Part shown: positions 10,175-20,860 of the stretch, one piece after another
Layout: each line of letters opens with the position of its first letter
Position numbering within the stretch: position 1 is the first letter of the stretch
DNA from: a virus
Taxonomy: Duplodnaviria; Caudoviricetes
Direction: 5' to 3' (one strand)
Virus record (IMG/VR): IMGVR_UViG_3300024269_004845
Length of the DNA: 64,000 nt
Notes under the pieces: model-generated
Told to the model about the DNA's origin: nothing
Databases searched by the model: none
What the model saw: the letters and a program-made list of their open reading frames with translations, nothing else
Translations under genes and position numbers: made by a program

Positions 10175-10759
10175 TTAATCAAAATATTTTAAATTAGATA
10201 CCACAATTTGTTTGATTTCTGCATTCTCGGAGATTGGTTCATTTAGGAAAGAACCATCATCTAAGTCAAAATCAAAAATTACGATATCATAATTTTCGTT
10301 TAATACATACCATCCAATATTGGGATTTTCAGGGTCATGGATGCTGTAGAACTTGTCATACTTTTTATCCATAATACTTTCCATTTTGGCTCTGCTATCT
10401 CCCACAAAGACGTTTTCAAAGGCAGCATTATTTGTCTTTGAATATAGAAGTACGGGGATATTGTCCCAATATTCTACATCAATTTCAGGGGGAAAGCTTT
10501 CCGATAGCAAAGAAAACTTGTCCATTTCGACATCTGGGATTCGGTTTTCAATGGTTGGTAGTTCCTCCACCTGCTCATCCGTTTCTGGTGCAATGATTTG
10601 GGTTACCGTTTCTTGTTGAATGGGCTTGGAGATGGGGGAAGATGTATTAGTGATTGTATTTTCGGTCTTGGCAGAACAACCACCAAGCATGAAAATAGAA
10701 AATACTACCAGGATAAACATGCTCTTGTTAATAAATCTAATATTTCTCATTTGTTTCAA
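10175..10759 (-). CDS. putative lipoprotein
   Basis: hydrophobic signal with LGGC lipobox. Confidence 0.65.
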   Translation of the reverse strand: MKQMRNIRFINKSMFILVVFSIFMLGGCSAKTENTITNTSSPISKPIQQETVTQIIAPETDEQVEELPTIENRIPDVEMDKFSLLSESFPPEIDVEYWDNIPVLLYSKTNNAAFENVFVGDSRAKMESIMDKKYDKFYSIHDPENPNIGWYVLNENYDIVIFDFDLDDGSFLNEPISENAEIKQIVVSNLKYFD

Positions 10760-11910
10760 TCCTTTCTGGCCGCGAATAATGTTTTACTAAAAAAATCGGC
10801 CCAAATAACATATTTTGAAGTTTCTATTGCTTTTTCGGGGGCATCCTGTAATTTTGCCATCTTTAAAAATAGCAAATATGGAACCTTTAGCTGTTTTATA
10901 TCAATTATGTCTTCTTTCTGGAATGCGGACATAACATCGGAATAATTTTCCTCAAGATTTAATTCTTCTAACGTTTTTGCTTTCAGTGTTTTTCCCGAAC
11001 GATATAAAATACAATCGTTTCTTTCTCCGTTATACATATATACAAAATCTTGAGAGTGTGTTTTCTCTTTTAGCTTGTCAATAATCCGTGTATTTTGATT
11101 ATTGTATAAATGTTTAGCAACGTCAGATAGCGTCTTAAAATTATAATGATTTGTTACAAAACAAACGTATAAGGTTTCATCGCTTACAAAGAAATTGCAG
11201 TCTTCGACTGGTCTTTCTTTATCTTTGCATATTTTTAAAAATTCTCTCGCATCGCAAAAATAGGTTTTGTGCCAAGTATCTTTGACCTTTGGAAAATCAG
11301 CAAGATATTCCGTTTCTTCTTCGTTAAGTTCTAGATTGACAGGATTTATTGTGCCTGTATGAACGTTTATAACCATTAACTTTTTGGTAGGAAGATTATA
11401 AAATAACTTGCTTTCTTTACTGGAGTTTAGAGCATTAATTTTTTCTATAAAAGCATTTTTTCTTTGAACTGCTTCTATATCATAAGTTGTTCCAATTTCT
11501 TGACTTGGCGATATGTAAAACTCACAAGTGTTTTTCTTAAAAATAACGTTGGTTTTTTTGAATCTGTAGTTGCTTTTAAATCCCTTCAAGAACTCATCCT
11601 TATTAACTAACTTACATTCTGCTATTTCATTGGATTCATCTTCAATATCGAATGAATCTGTGAATAAAGATAGAATATTAAAGAATAACTTTTTGTTTAG
11701 TTTTCTTAAATATCTTTCAAATTCGGACATATATACAGTTTCAAGTAAGTTCTGATTTGGGGATAAAAAAACTACCAAATCTTCGGCCTCAATATTTTGA
11801 ATATAGAACACTTCGTGGTCTTCATCTGTCAAAATCTTAAAAATATTTGGGTATTCCTTTCGGAAATCCATGTTATATTGGACAACTTTTCCATTGATTG
11901 TTATTTCCAT
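10756..11910 (-). CDS. hypothetical protein
   Basis: 384 aa ORF with SD. Confidence 0.7.
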   Translation of the reverse strand: MEITINGKVVQYNMDFRKEYPNIFKILTDEDHEVFYIQNIEAEDLVVFLSPNQNLLETVYMSEFERYLRKLNKKLFFNILSLFTDSFDIEDESNEIAECKLVNKDEFLKGFKSNYRFKKTNVIFKKNTCEFYISPSQEIGTTYDIEAVQRKNAFIEKINALNSSKESKLFYNLPTKKLMVINVHTGTINPVNLELNEEETEYLADFPKVKDTWHKTYFCDAREFLKICKDKERPVEDCNFFVSDETLYVCFVTNHYNFKTLSDVAKHLYNNQNTRIIDKLKEKTHSQDFVYMYNGERNDCILYRSGKTLKAKTLEELNLEENYSDVMSAFQKEDIIDIKQLKVPYLLFLKMAKLQDAPEKAIETSKYVIWADFFSKTLFAARKD

Positions 11911-11997
11911 GAAAAAACTCCTTCCAGTAGAAATGATTTATATTATTATATTTGAGTTGGGTATTATCTATGAATGAAAATCATTGAAGGAGAGTTA

Positions 11998-12414
11998 TTA
12001 ACTCTCCTTCACATTTTCAGTTTTTACCCATTCCAGGAATGTTTTTAATATTCTATACGCTTGACCAAGTCCTGCTTTATCATCTAACAATATATTAAAA
12101 TAAACTTTTCTCATATGTCCGTATTTTTCCATCATATAATCGACATTTTCGTTAAATGCGTCGCAAGGAATATCATTGTCTTTTATGTATTGCTTTACTT
12201 TTTCTGGATAATGATTTGATGTGTAACAAATAAATACGGCGTATGGTTTGAGTTCTTTTATTAAGGCGACAACATCATCGCAACATTTAGACATATAAGT
12301 TGGAGCAATGGTATCATCATAATCGTATGCCACAATGATTTTGCCATAGTTATGATAATGTACTTTTAGTTTTTCAAGAAGCGCGGAATCGTTAAAAAAA
12401 GTATCCATAAACAT
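11998..12414 (-). CDS. HAD-superfamily-like phage protein
   Basis: IIVAYDYDDTI motif I, RKVYFNILLDDKAG motif IV. Confidence 0.7.
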   Translation of the reverse strand: MFMDTFFNDSALLEKLKVHYHNYGKIIVAYDYDDTIAPTYMSKCCDDVVALIKELKPYAVFICYTSNHYPEKVKQYIKDNDIPCDAFNENVDYMMEKYGHMRKVYFNILLDDKAGLGQAYRILKTFLEWVKTENVKES

Positions 12415-12520
12415 ACCTCCTTATATGGATTTAACAACTACTCACGACAAAAACATCGTGGGATATAAAATAATAAATTGTTATATTATACCATATATTC
12501 GGTTGCTTTACCACTAAAAG

Positions 12521-13300
12521 TTACTTAAACAGATGTTTTGTGTTTGGTATAAAAATGGGAATTTCTTTTCTTTTATGAATAGAACCAACTTCTTTATTAT
12601 GAATTTTTTCATATACGGAATTTTCAAGGTCCACAAAAGGATTTCTAAGATACTCATGGACATCTACATACTTAATGCCCAACTTCTCTTCGTCACTCAT
12701 TCCAGATAATCCATCATCAGGGGTCTTGTGGATGAGGTCTGTGGGGATATTTTCATAAGTATCACCAATAGCAACAACTTCGAGGCTTGTTAAATTTCCA
12801 AGAGGATTGAAATCGCTTGCTCCATCTCCCCACTTAGTAAAATATCCAAGAGTTCTTTCACTCATATTACCAGTGCCACAAACTCTATAACCACCGCCCA
12901 TAGACTGAGCAACGGTATAGAGAGTTGTCATTCTAAGACGAGGAGCAATATTTACAGAAGCTTCTTCAGTAATTTTTTTTCTTTCGGGAGAAAGTCCTAC
13001 ATTAATAAATGCTGAAAGTTCGTTGAATGCTGAACCGATATTTACTGTAATGCTCTTGATTCCTAAAACCTCAACTACTCTTTTAGAATCTAAAATATCT
13101 TTCTGAACGCCATTTGGCATAAGAACACCGAGGACGTTTTCTGGTCCTAGGGCTTCGGCGCAAAGAGCAGCTGCTACAGTGCTATCCTTACCTCCAGAAA
13201 TACCAAGAACTACTCCTTTAAGACCGTGGTTCTTCATTTCTTGAATCCATTTAACAATGTCTGCTCGTACTTCACGAGCATTAAAATTGTAATTAGTCAT
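12521..13300 (-). CDS. nadE: NH3-dependent NAD+ synthetase
   Basis: GISGGKDS, NIAPRLRM, GYFTKWGDG, PDDGL, DEEKLG. Confidence 0.92.
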   Translation of the reverse strand: MTNYNFNAREVRADIVKWIQEMKNHGLKGVVLGISGGKDSTVAAALCAEALGPENVLGVLMPNGVQKDILDSKRVVEVLGIKSITVNIGSAFNELSAFINVGLSPERKKITEEASVNIAPRLRMTTLYTVAQSMGGGYRVCGTGNMSERTLGYFTKWGDGASDFNPLGNLTSLEVVAIGDTYENIPTDLIHKTPDDGLSGMSDEEKLGIKYVDVHEYLRNPFVDLENSVYEKIHNKEVGSIHKRKEIPIFIPNTKHLFK

Positions 13301-14120
13301 CGATATTACCCCCAATCTCAATAGTTGTTACATGGTCATCATTAAAATGACGAATAATACTATTTGTAGTATAAACATGGTCAATGTGTCCTTCAGAGAA
13401 AAGAGGCCCATCTACAATTACATTTTCACAATGGGTTACCCAAAGGGATACCTGATTTACGCCCTTTTCTTTAAGTGCCATACTAGCGAACTTAAAAGTA
13501 TTACCATACACACAGATATCGTCGATAATAAGGACGTTCTTTCCAGTCAGGTCAATACCTTCGTCTCCAACAATCTTAGAACAAAGGATTCTGCCCTTAT
13601 TTTCAAGGTCTCTTACTTTCTCAGCATAAATTACAGGATACTTAGAACAAATATCCTTATATCTTTCAGTATATTTCTTACGAGCGCCCTTATCGGGGAA
13701 CATAATAATATCAACGTTAAGGTTCTTAATAACATCGGTAATTACATTCTCCAATGGCATAATAACAAGGTTGTTAATTAGGTTCTCAGAAACAATGGAA
13801 TGTGGGTCCAGAACCTTAACCTTGGTGAAGCCAAGAGAATTAATCACATTTGCGAAGAATTCCAGAGAAAAAATCTGGTCGTTGATTTCTCTATCCATAC
13901 GAGAATAAGGGATATAGGGCATATATAGTTCGATAGCGCCGTTGGGAACCTTAGAACGGAGATAACCAATTGCCATAATCAAATTGGTTATATCTCGGTT
14001 ATCTTCAAAATACATTTCTACTTCATTCTTGTCAAAGAAAAGTAAATCTACCGTCTTATAAATGGCTTCATTGTTCTTGAAGGTTTCGCCACCAAAAACC
14101 TGTCCGTTGATTTTAATCAT
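13293..14120 (-). CDS. ribose-phosphate pyrophosphokinase-like protein (PRS or ADPR-PP synthase type)
   Basis: MPYIPYSRMDR, LDPHS, FPDKGA, IIDDICVYGNTF, VTH. Confidence 0.85.
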   Translation of the reverse strand: MIKINGQVFGGETFKNNEAIYKTVDLLFFDKNEVEMYFEDNRDITNLIMAIGYLRSKVPNGAIELYMPYIPYSRMDREINDQIFSLEFFANVINSLGFTKVKVLDPHSIVSENLINNLVIMPLENVITDVIKNLNVDIIMFPDKGARKKYTERYKDICSKYPVIYAEKVRDLENKGRILCSKIVGDEGIDLTGKNVLIIDDICVYGNTFKFASMALKEKGVNQVSLWVTHCENVIVDGPLFSEGHIDHVYTTNSIIRHFNDDHVTTIEIGGNIDD

Positions 14121-14125
14121 ATTTT

Positions 14126-14653
14126 TTAACCCCCAATTACATTAATCTGACACATTTTCATAGTAGTAAGTGCTGCATTATGTGTGTCAGGAGTAACACC
14201 AGCACAACATGTAGCGTCTATGGCTACATCAATTTCAGGAAGAGCAGCCTTGATAAGCATTGCGTTAGATACAACACAAATATCAGTACAAAGCCCAATA
14301 AGCTCTACATAGTCATATTTTCCGCCGACAACCATTTCGGGAAGATTGACACTTCCGAAAGTAATCTTATCAATTACTGTAACATCAACTTCTGCGGTCA
14401 TCAAAGCGTCCTTTACTTCATCGTTGATTTCGTGACCAGGAGTGTGTTTGATACAATGAGGAACAGGAAGATACTTACCTTCTCTGGTGTTCATATAATC
14501 GTTAGTATGAGTATCTCGAGTAGCAATAATATCTCCATCCCAGTCGTTAATCTTCTTAACGACATTAGGAACAATTGCTACTGCTTCTTTGGTGCCAAGA
14601 GCACCATCAATAAAGTCATTTTGCATATCGACAACAATTAAAAGCTTTTTCAT
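14126..14653 (-). CDS. pncA: nicotinamidase (cysteine hydrolase)
   Basis: VDMQNDF, DTH, HC, K.TFGS, GLCTDICV; lies in NAD operon. Confidence 0.85.
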   Translation of the reverse strand: MKKLLIVVDMQNDFIDGALGTKEAVAIVPNVVKKINDWDGDIIATRDTHTNDYMNTREGKYLPVPHCIKHTPGHEINDEVKDALMTAEVDVTVIDKITFGSVNLPEMVVGGKYDYVELIGLCTDICVVSNAMLIKAALPEIDVAIDATCCAGVTPDTHNAALTTMKMCQINVIGG

Positions 14654-14671
14654 AATAAAATCCCCCTTAAA

Positions 14672-15400
14672 TTAAAATTTTTGTGTATGATTTTCGTTAT
14701 ACTGATAGTATTCAGCAGGACGGTGAGCGGAGCCGTCATCCTTCATAGTGTTAGTGGTAATCAGCTTGTCGCCCATCTTACGACGGAAACCCTGTACCTT
14801 GCGACCCAGAATTGCCTGATATACCATTTCCAGCTCCTTAACAGTGAAATACTTAGGAACGAAATTAAATGCTACATCGGTGTATTCAATCTTGTTCTGT
14901 ACTCGATTAAACGCATCAATGATAATCTGCTTATGGTCAAATGCCAGGTCCTGAGTAGCGTATCTGCGGTCTTCAGACTGAACACAAATATTGGTTACCT
15001 TGCCAGACTTGTCACGCTCAGGAATAACCCAAAACCACATAGCATCGTGCATGTCAATATCTTCCTTCTTTACAAGTGCCATATGTGCGACGCTTACTAC
15101 TCGGCCTCTTTCATCTCGGTTAGGATTACCGTAGGTATAAAGCTGTTCCATATACAGGTTGTCAATACCAGTCTTTAGAAATAGCTTGTTCTTGGCTGCT
15201 TCGTAGATATCCTTATCAATATCAACAAAGCCACCAGGAAGGGCCCAACGACCCATAAAAGGTTCAATATTACGCTTTAGAAGCAGAACTTGAATACCTT
15301 TTTCAGGAACCTTTCGAGTATCATCAGTCTTAATATCTTCAGTTGCGAAAATAACGATGTCGGTCGCAACACTCATCTTAGGATAATCATTAAAAGTCAT
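14672..15400 (-). CDS. nrtR: NrtR-family ADP-ribose-sensing regulator (Nudix + wHTH)
   Basis: WALPGGFV, degenerate Nudix box, EQLYTYG..RD.RGRVVS, LAFDH, FTVKEL, HRPAEYY. Confidence 0.88.
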   Translation of the reverse strand: MTFNDYPKMSVATDIVIFATEDIKTDDTRKVPEKGIQVLLLKRNIEPFMGRWALPGGFVDIDKDIYEAAKNKLFLKTGIDNLYMEQLYTYGNPNRDERGRVVSVAHMALVKKEDIDMHDAMWFWVIPERDKSGKVTNICVQSEDRRYATQDLAFDHKQIIIDAFNRVQNKIEYTDVAFNFVPKYFTVKELEMVYQAILGRKVQGFRRKMGDKLITTNTMKDDGSAHRPAEYYQYNENHTQKF

Positions 15401-15455
15401 AGTCTCTTCTCCTTTTCAATTTGTCTTACTTCTATATTATATTTCTTTTTTAAAT

Positions 15456-15480
15456 ACTTAATAACATTTTGTGTCTAAGT
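15456..15480. promoter_or_regulatory. candidate operator upstream of nrtR operon
   Basis: imperfect palindrome ACTTAATAACATTTTGTGTCTAAGT, 22/25 identical to 22910-22934. Confidence 0.6.
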
Positions 15481-15740
15481 CTTCTCAAAAAAAATAAGAA
15501 GTTTTTCTTTTCTATTCTTATTATAACACAAAAATAAATAAAAGTAAAGAGAAAAATGGATTAAATGCAAAACAATTAGAACTCTTTTGTCATCTATCAT
15601 ACATAGTATTTTAATTTTGGAGTATATTTGAATATATAATATGAGTAAGTTAAATTAATTTAAAATTATATAATCGAAGATTTGAGCTTCGATAAAGTAG
15701 TAGATAACTTTTCGTATAAATTTTTTATCAAGATTTGTTT

Positions 15741-15786
15741 ATCCCTTCTACTTTATATCAAAGATTTGATATAAAGTAGAAGGGAT
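15741..15786. repeat. perfect 22-bp inverted repeat
   Basis: ATCCCTTCTACTTTATATCAAA-ga-TTTGATATAAAGTAGAAGGGAT. Confidence 0.9.
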
Positions 15787-15796
15787 GTTTATTTTT

Positions 15797-16000
15797 ATGA
15801 ATAAAACTAAAAAAGAAGTTCTTGAACATATTAAAGACCGCTACGAAGCAGGTGCTTTTGAGGAAGGTACATATAGACTGTTAGAAAAATTAATCAAAAA
15901 CGCAAAGAATGATGATGAAGCGATATTGATTGCCGAGTTAGGAGTCGGCAGAAGAACGGGATTAAATTATAGCAAAAAAAATGGAAGTATTCACGAGTGA
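15797..16000 (+). CDS. N-terminal fragment of type III Mod (frameshifted at A8)
   Basis: deleting one A in 15974-15981 fuses it in frame with 15981..17369. Confidence 0.65.
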   Translation: MNKTKKEVLEHIKDRYEAGAFEEGTYRLLEKLIKNAKNDDEAILIAELGVGRRTGLNYSKKNGSIHE

Positions 16001-17369
16001 TATAAAGTATTTAAAAAGAAATGAAAAACTTTCATTTAAAGACGAAAAAGAAAACTCTTTAACACATAAGTTGATTATTGGTGATAATTATCCAGCGTTG
16101 AAAAATCTTTTGTTAACTCATAGACATAAAGTAGATGTTATTTACATTGACCCGCCTTATGGAAGTGATAGTATGGGCAAGTTTGCAGAAACGAATTATC
16201 AAAATAATATTACCAGAGATAATTTATTGTCTATGTTATATCCTAGATTGTTACTGTCAAAACAATTATTAAGTGATAATGGAATCATTTTTTGTAGTAT
16301 TGACAACAAGAATTATGCATATATAAAATGCTTATTTGATGAAATTTTTGGCGAAAAAAATTATGTATCTACTTTAAATTGGAAAAAGAAAAAACAGCCA
16401 TCTTTTTTAAGTGTTGTGGCTGAAGTTATAGAATATGTGCTTGTTTATACAAAGACACCAGGGTCAATAAAAAAACTTTCGATAGAGACTTTGGGAGATG
16501 AAGATAAACCAATTATTAATTCTAGTAATGAATATTCTGAAAGATTGATAAAGAAAGGTTGCTCTGCTAAGTGTGAAGACGGTATTATTCCAAAAGGCAT
16601 CATAAAAAATAAAACTATGAGTATTGAATTCTTGGATGATGTTTGTATAAAAAACGGTGAAGTAATAAATGATTTTAGATGTAAAGCAAAATTCAGAACA
16701 ACGCAAGAAAATATAAATGAGTTTTGTGACGATAAACTTATATTCGTTACAAAGAATTATGGTCTAAGAAGATATTTGACAAAGGAAGAAATAAATAGTA
16801 AAAAATCTATTACTGATTTATTGCTTGATTGGGGGCAGAATCAAGATGGAACAAAAGAGCTAAAAGAAATATTCAATATAAAAGATGACACCTTTATTTT
16901 CTCCAATCCTAAACCTGTTTTATTAATAAAAAATATTATAAAATCAGTGGGGGGTTCTGAGGTAACTGTCCTTGATTTCTTTGCAGGTTCTGGTACAACT
17001 GGTCAAGCAGTGTTAGAACTTAATAAAGAAGATGGCGGTAATCGTCAATTTATCCTTTGTACTAATAATGAGAAAGAAGATGGTTATATAGCGGAAACAG
17101 TAACATCTAAACGATTAAAAAGAGTTATGACAGGTTCTTGTTATGATGGTAATACCGATTTTGAATGGATAAAAAAGAATGAGCCATATGGAGATAATCT
17201 TGAAGTATTTGATATCGCAGAAGTAAGTGCTAATATATCAGATGGGGGGACGTCCCCTTTTGATGTTATTGATGAAACTTGTTATGATAAAAAATTTGAT
17301 AATATACAAGATAAAATAGATTGGATTTGTAACAACTTCCAAGGGCTAACTAAGAAATTGGAGGATTGA
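15981..17369 (+). CDS. mod: type III R-M adenine methyltransferase (Mod)
   Basis: IYIDPPY, NPKP, LDFFAGSGTTG, CTNNE. Confidence 0.9.
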   Translation: MEVFTSDIKYLKRNEKLSFKDEKENSLTHKLIIGDNYPALKNLLLTHRHKVDVIYIDPPYGSDSMGKFAETNYQNNITRDNLLSMLYPRLLLSKQLLSDNGIIFCSIDNKNYAYIKCLFDEIFGEKNYVSTLNWKKKKQPSFLSVVAEVIEYVLVYTKTPGSIKKLSIETLGDEDKPIINSSNEYSERLIKKGCSAKCEDGIIPKGIIKNKTMSIEFLDDVCIKNGEVINDFRCKAKFRTTQENINEFCDDKLIFVTKNYGLRRYLTKEEINSKKSITDLLLDWGQNQDGTKELKEIFNIKDDTFIFSNPKPVLLIKNIIKSVGGSEVTVLDFFAGSGTTGQAVLELNKEDGGNRQFILCTNNEKEDGYIAETVTSKRLKRVMTGSCYDGNTDFEWIKKNEPYGDNLEVFDIAEVSANISDGGTSPFDVIDETCYDKKFDNIQDKIDWICNNFQGLTKKLED

Positions 17370-17374
17370 TACAT

Positions 17375-19507
17375 ATGTTAAAAGAGATAAAAGACTTACA
17401 AAATAATGCTGTAAATAAATTAGTTGTCTATACTGAAACAAATAATAAGGCAACATTCAAATCTCCAACTGGAAGTGGGAAAACATATATGATGGCATTA
17501 TATATGAATAAAATTCTTCAAAAAGACAACAATGTCGTATTTTTAGTTTCGTCTCTTTCTAGAAGCGAATTGGCGAAACAAAATTATGATAAATTTATTG
17601 AATATCAAGCATCTCTACCGTTATTAAATCCATATCTTATTAATACAGATGTTTCTGGAGAAGAAGATGTGTATATACCTGATGCGAATATCGCAAATAT
17701 ATTTATTCTTCCTACAGACCTTTATAAAAAGGGCGGTAAAATAGTAAATGCGTTTAATTCTTGGTTAATCGATACTAGGGCATTAGGTAAAAAGATATAT
17801 TTGATTAAAGACGAAGCGCATTCGAAAACAGCTAATTTAGATAGCAAATCTGACTTTTTTGATAAACAGTTAGATATAAGTGCTACACCAAAGCTGTCAA
17901 AAGGTCAAATACCAAATGTTGAAATAACTGAATTTGAAGCCGAGAATGCAAAATTAATAAAGCACGTTTATCAACAGGAAAGCAATTATTATAATTTAGA
18001 TGATTGCGCAAAGGGGCTTGATGAAGCACTTTTCGAGTTTAAAAAGATAAAAAATGAATATATAAAAAATAATCTTGGGGTTCATCCGTGTTTTATTATT
18101 CAAGTCTCCAACAAGGGGAAAGTTGAAGACGAATTGAAAGCAATTAAAAATGTTTTAAACAATAACCATAGTGATTTGAATTGGATGTATGTTGTTACGA
18201 AAGCAAAAACTGAAGAGGTTGATATAAAAGTCTCTAAAGAAGATGATTTTTCTGGAGTTCACTGTTCTACCAATGATGAAGGGCTTAAAAAAGTAAGTCC
18301 TTCAAAATGGAAAGACCTTGCCAAAAGCAATGTTTCTACAACAGATATAATTATTTTTAAACTTTCTATCAAAGAGGGTTGGGATATTCCAAGAGCTTGT
18401 ATGTTGTTTCAAATGAGAGATACACAAAGCGAAACTCTTGATGAACAAGTTATTGGGAGAATAAGAAGAAATCCAAGACTTCGAGATTTTGAAAGATTAA
18501 CAACTGAACAACAAAATTTATGTTTGAAAGCATATGTTTGGGGAGTTAGAGACAAGAGCAAATCGTCACTAAGAGAAGTTAAATGTAAAATAGAAAATCC
18601 AATTTCTGTAAAAACTACAAGACTAAAAGAAATAAAATCAACTAATTTTGATTTGAATATGTGCTTGGATAAAATAGAAACAAGTGTTGGATATTTTTCT
18701 ATTTTCGAGCTTTATGACAATCTACAAAATAGTTCGAAAGAAATATATGATTTATATAAGGATTATGTGAAAACATCTAATGATTTTTTGAGATTTTCTA
18801 AGAATATTCCCAAAATTAAAAAAGATATATCTAAAGTAATAAAAAATTATGACCAATATATGTACATACCAACTGATGATGAAGGCGTAGAAATTGTTCA
18901 TACTCTAAAGAATACATATTATTCTGAAACATTGTTAAATGATAAAAAGACCAATTTTCTAAAAATAAATGATTGGTTGTGGCAACGAACAGATAATGAA
19001 AGTGAATTTTCATTCGATAGTGAAGCTGAAGAATTATGGGCTGAAAGGTTGGTTGAATTATCAAAGAATATAGCAAAACAAGAGGGCCAAGAAAATGATG
19101 AGATAAATGTTTGGGCTAAAAACTTTATTGCTGCTTCCGAAATTTATTTCGAATACTTTTCAGATGGTATTCATAAGTCATTTCCTGATTTTATTTTGAA
19201 AGACAAAAAAGATGGAATACATTTTTTTGAAGTTAAAAGTTTAATTTCTAAAACAAATAGTAATATAGATGAATCTAGTTACCGTGAAAAAATAGATTGT
19301 TTAAAAGAATGTTATTGCCATTGTGCTAGATTAACTGGTTATTATTTTTATATTCCTATAATGTATATTGATAAATTTACTGAAAAGGCTACTTGGACAA
19401 TTTGGTATGCTTATAAAGAATATGATGAATTAAATAAGGAACGAATTGTATCTGGAGAATATACTTATAGTGGATTTGTGTCTGCTATGAATAATTTAAT
19501 TAAATAA
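17375..19507 (+). CDS. res: type III restriction endonuclease (Res)
   Basis: PTGSGKT, DEAH, SAT, EGWDIP, QVIGRIRR, C-terminal PDFI...FEVK nuclease. Confidence 0.88.
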   Translation: MLKEIKDLQNNAVNKLVVYTETNNKATFKSPTGSGKTYMMALYMNKILQKDNNVVFLVSSLSRSELAKQNYDKFIEYQASLPLLNPYLINTDVSGEEDVYIPDANIANIFILPTDLYKKGGKIVNAFNSWLIDTRALGKKIYLIKDEAHSKTANLDSKSDFFDKQLDISATPKLSKGQIPNVEITEFEAENAKLIKHVYQQESNYYNLDDCAKGLDEALFEFKKIKNEYIKNNLGVHPCFIIQVSNKGKVEDELKAIKNVLNNNHSDLNWMYVVTKAKTEEVDIKVSKEDDFSGVHCSTNDEGLKKVSPSKWKDLAKSNVSTTDIIIFKLSIKEGWDIPRACMLFQMRDTQSETLDEQVIGRIRRNPRLRDFERLTTEQQNLCLKAYVWGVRDKSKSSLREVKCKIENPISVKTTRLKEIKSTNFDLNMCLDKIETSVGYFSIFELYDNLQNSSKEIYDLYKDYVKTSNDFLRFSKNIPKIKKDISKVIKNYDQYMYIPTDDEGVEIVHTLKNTYYSETLLNDKKTNFLKINDWLWQRTDNESEFSFDSEAEELWAERLVELSKNIAKQEGQENDEINVWAKNFIAASEIYFEYFSDGIHKSFPDFILKDKKDGIHFFEVKSLISKTNSNIDESSYREKIDCLKECYCHCARLTGYYFYIPIMYIDKFTEKATWTIWYAYKEYDELNKERIVSGEYTYSGFVSAMNNLIK

Positions 19508-19554
19508 AAGCATAAAAAACACCTTTGATTTAAATCAAAGGTGTTTTTGTATTT

Positions 19555-19725
19555 TTACTTTTCTGCCTTATTCAAAGGGCATCTATCGCCTGCATCATGG
19601 AATACCATTTCATCATTTGTCGGAGTAAAGTACCCAGCATCAGGATGTCTGCACATACCACAAGGGATACCCATTTCCCAATATGTACATCCAAAACAGG
19701 TTCTCTTTTCGTTCTTATCTCCCAT
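19555..19725 (-). CDS. small Cys-rich protein (56 aa, not in ORF track)
   Basis: MGDKNEKRTCFGCTYWEMGIPCGMCRHP...RCPLNKAEK*, GGAG SD, directly after RyR gene. Confidence 0.6.
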   Translation of the reverse strand: MGDKNEKRTCFGCTYWEMGIPCGMCRHPDAGYFTPTNDEMVFHDAGDRCPLNKAEK

Positions 19726-19730
19726 ACTAA

Positions 19731-20099
19731 TCACTCCAATTCTTCAAATAATTGATTTGCTAATTTAACCATTAGCACATCCATTTCGTCTTTTCGCTTT
19801 TCAACATTGGATAAATTTTCAAAAGGAATCATACTAGGATGAGTTTTCTTTTCTACGTCAAGGACTTCTCCGTATGTATATCCTTGAGTTTTCTTTGCTT
19901 CCATCCAAATATTATGGTTTTCTTCTGCTGTAGTAGATGGATTGTTTAATACATATTCTGTGCCTTTCATCAGGCTTTTTAATCTTTCTTCTGATATTTT
20001 GTAATCTTCTGGCACATCATGTAATGGTAAATCCGCTCCCATCTGGTAACAAATCCATCCCAAATAACGGACTTTAGCAATAAATTCTACTTTGTCCAT
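19731..20099 (-). CDS. RyR domain protein
   Basis: HNIWM..K...GYTYG...D.EKKTHP.MIPF..L...EK.KD. Confidence 0.85.
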   Translation of the reverse strand: MDKVEFIAKVRYLGWICYQMGADLPLHDVPEDYKISEERLKSLMKGTEYVLNNPSTTAEENHNIWMEAKKTQGYTYGEVLDVEKKTHPSMIPFENLSNVEKRKDEMDVLMVKLANQLFEELE

Positions 20100-20104
20100 A
20101 TTAT

Positions 20105-20860
20105 TTACTCCTTAATAATCTTAACAATTACTGTTTCGATAGTTGTGCCACTTTCAGCGAACGCTCTAGTAGGTACATTCTCTACCAGTGTGTTGCGATG
20201 CTTGAGAAAAGTTCTAAAATTATCAGATGTTTCAGTCTGGTAATAAAGAGCATTTTCAGAAATGATGGCAACAAGAACTCCACCTGGCTTGAGCATATTA
20301 TAAGCCATCCAAACATGCTTAATATCTCTCTGACCAGAGAAAGGAGGGTTCATGACAACTCTATCAAACTTCTGAGTATTATGTTCTGCAAATTCTTCGA
20401 AAGTAGTTACACAATGATTATACCCCTTCCTACGAAGAACGTCGCTATTCTCCATAAGAGGTTCGACGGCAAGAATGTCGCATTTAACATCGATGGGGTC
20501 GAGCAAATTACCCCAACCTGCAGAGGGTTCAAGAACAGAGTTTCCTTCTTCAATTTCAGCCAGTTCAACAACGTGCTTTGCTACAGAAGTAGGAGTAGGA
20601 TAAAACTGAGTTTCTTCTTGCCACTTATAACGTTCAGAAACTTCTACACCATGTTCAAGGTAGTAATCAATCTTATCTCTTACATCTTCGCCAAAGACAA
20701 AGCACTTAAACTTTTCTCTCCAATGTCCTCCAAGATGTTCGATAATTGGCTTGAGCTTATCATATTCTTCGTCAGATACTGTACCAATATCAAGATGATA
20801 GAATGTACCGATATTGGGGTAGCTCTGTTCGTAGTAGTTATACATATTTTTCTCCTCCAT
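20105..20860 (-). CDS. class I SAM-dependent (N6-adenine type) methyltransferase
   Basis: QFYPTP, VLEPSAGWG, VMNPPF, AFAESGT. Confidence 0.85.
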   Translation of the reverse strand: MEEKNMYNYYEQSYPNIGTFYHLDIGTVSDEEYDKLKPIIEHLGGHWREKFKCFVFGEDVRDKIDYYLEHGVEVSERYKWQEETQFYPTPTSVAKHVVELAEIEEGNSVLEPSAGWGNLLDPIDVKCDILAVEPLMENSDVLRRKGYNHCVTTFEEFAEHNTQKFDRVVMNPPFSGQRDIKHVWMAYNMLKPGGVLVAIISENALYYQTETSDNFRTFLKHRNTLVENVPTRAFAESGTTIETVIVKIIKE

